The notes under the pieces were generated by a model, which saw nothing but the letters and a program-made list of their open reading frames with translations, did not search any database and had not been told where the DNA came from. From NCBI GenBank assembly GCA_051942205.1, contig JAVECO010000022.1, forward strand, positions 62,001 through 126,000: a stretch of 64,000 bases of DNA, in the 5' to 3' direction. Of this stretch, positions 63,681-64,000 are shown in pieces. The stretch comes from Coniocarpon cinnabarinum. Taxonomy: Eukaryota. The stretch's first letter is position 1, and the number at the start of each line of letters is the position of its first letter. The position numbers and the translations under genes are program-made.

Positions 63681-64000
63681 CCGCCTATTGCCTCGCTGTA
63701 TGCCATCAACCTGAATGTGTAGCCTGAAAAGCTTATTACTTGTTGCTTAGAACGACCTCCGTCTTCCTCTTAATACCGAACCCCAGTGCCAAAATGAAGA
63801 GCAAGGAGAGGGACGTGCTTGATCTCTTGATGGACCTCCTTGAGCTCTGACGTCAAAGCATGTGATATGGTTTGGGTTCAACCGTTGGACGACGTAATAA
63901 TGGGAATGTATATCTGTATGTACTGCAAAGAATCACAGGCGTTTTCCAAAGCAAAGTCGCCCTTGCAACGTCCTCATAAGCGCTTGCCTTGTCCAACACC

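Noticed and set aside
1..64000. tRNA, 5S rRNA, intact transposase/RT, secondary-metabolite cluster, TGA-CTA readthrough
   Set aside because: None was recognised by eye, and no backbone synthase is present. tRNAscan-SE, Infernal and TE library searches would be needed to exclude them formally.

Overview
Eukaryotic DNA from a filamentous ascomycete (Pezizomycotina), judged by short GT-AG introns with CTRAC/CTAAY branch points and Pezizomycotina-like housekeeping proteins. About 24 protein-coding genes can be supported: STI1, a tandem dihydroneopterin aldolase, UGP1, an APC2-like cullin, two F-box proteins, a BTB protein, a GTPBP2-like GTPase, a C2H2 transcription factor, a JID1-like J-protein, SEC14, GAR1, ThrRS, a YTP1-family membrane protein, an ERCC6L2-like SNF2 ATPase, RRP41, three Rossmann oxidoreductases, a 2OG-Fe(II) oxygenase, a SUR7/PalI-like protein and two uncharacterised proteins. 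Three gene-poor blocks (about 15.0-18.2 kb, 30.2-36.7 kb and 51.8-58.1 kb) hold minisatellites, a 130-bp higher-order repeat with RIP-like changes, and decayed gene fragments (kinase, SGNH hydrolase). I found no tRNA, rRNA, CRISPR array or intact transposon by eye. Best leads: an APC2 apparently lacking its C-terminal WHB domain, an in-frame ATG inside a UGP1 intron that would drop the PAS-kinase site, a possibly dual-targeted ThrRS, and a 12-bp TTAGG-containing array. All gene models were built by hand, and family calls come from recalled motifs, not database searches. I cannot claim a clearly new multi-gene system.
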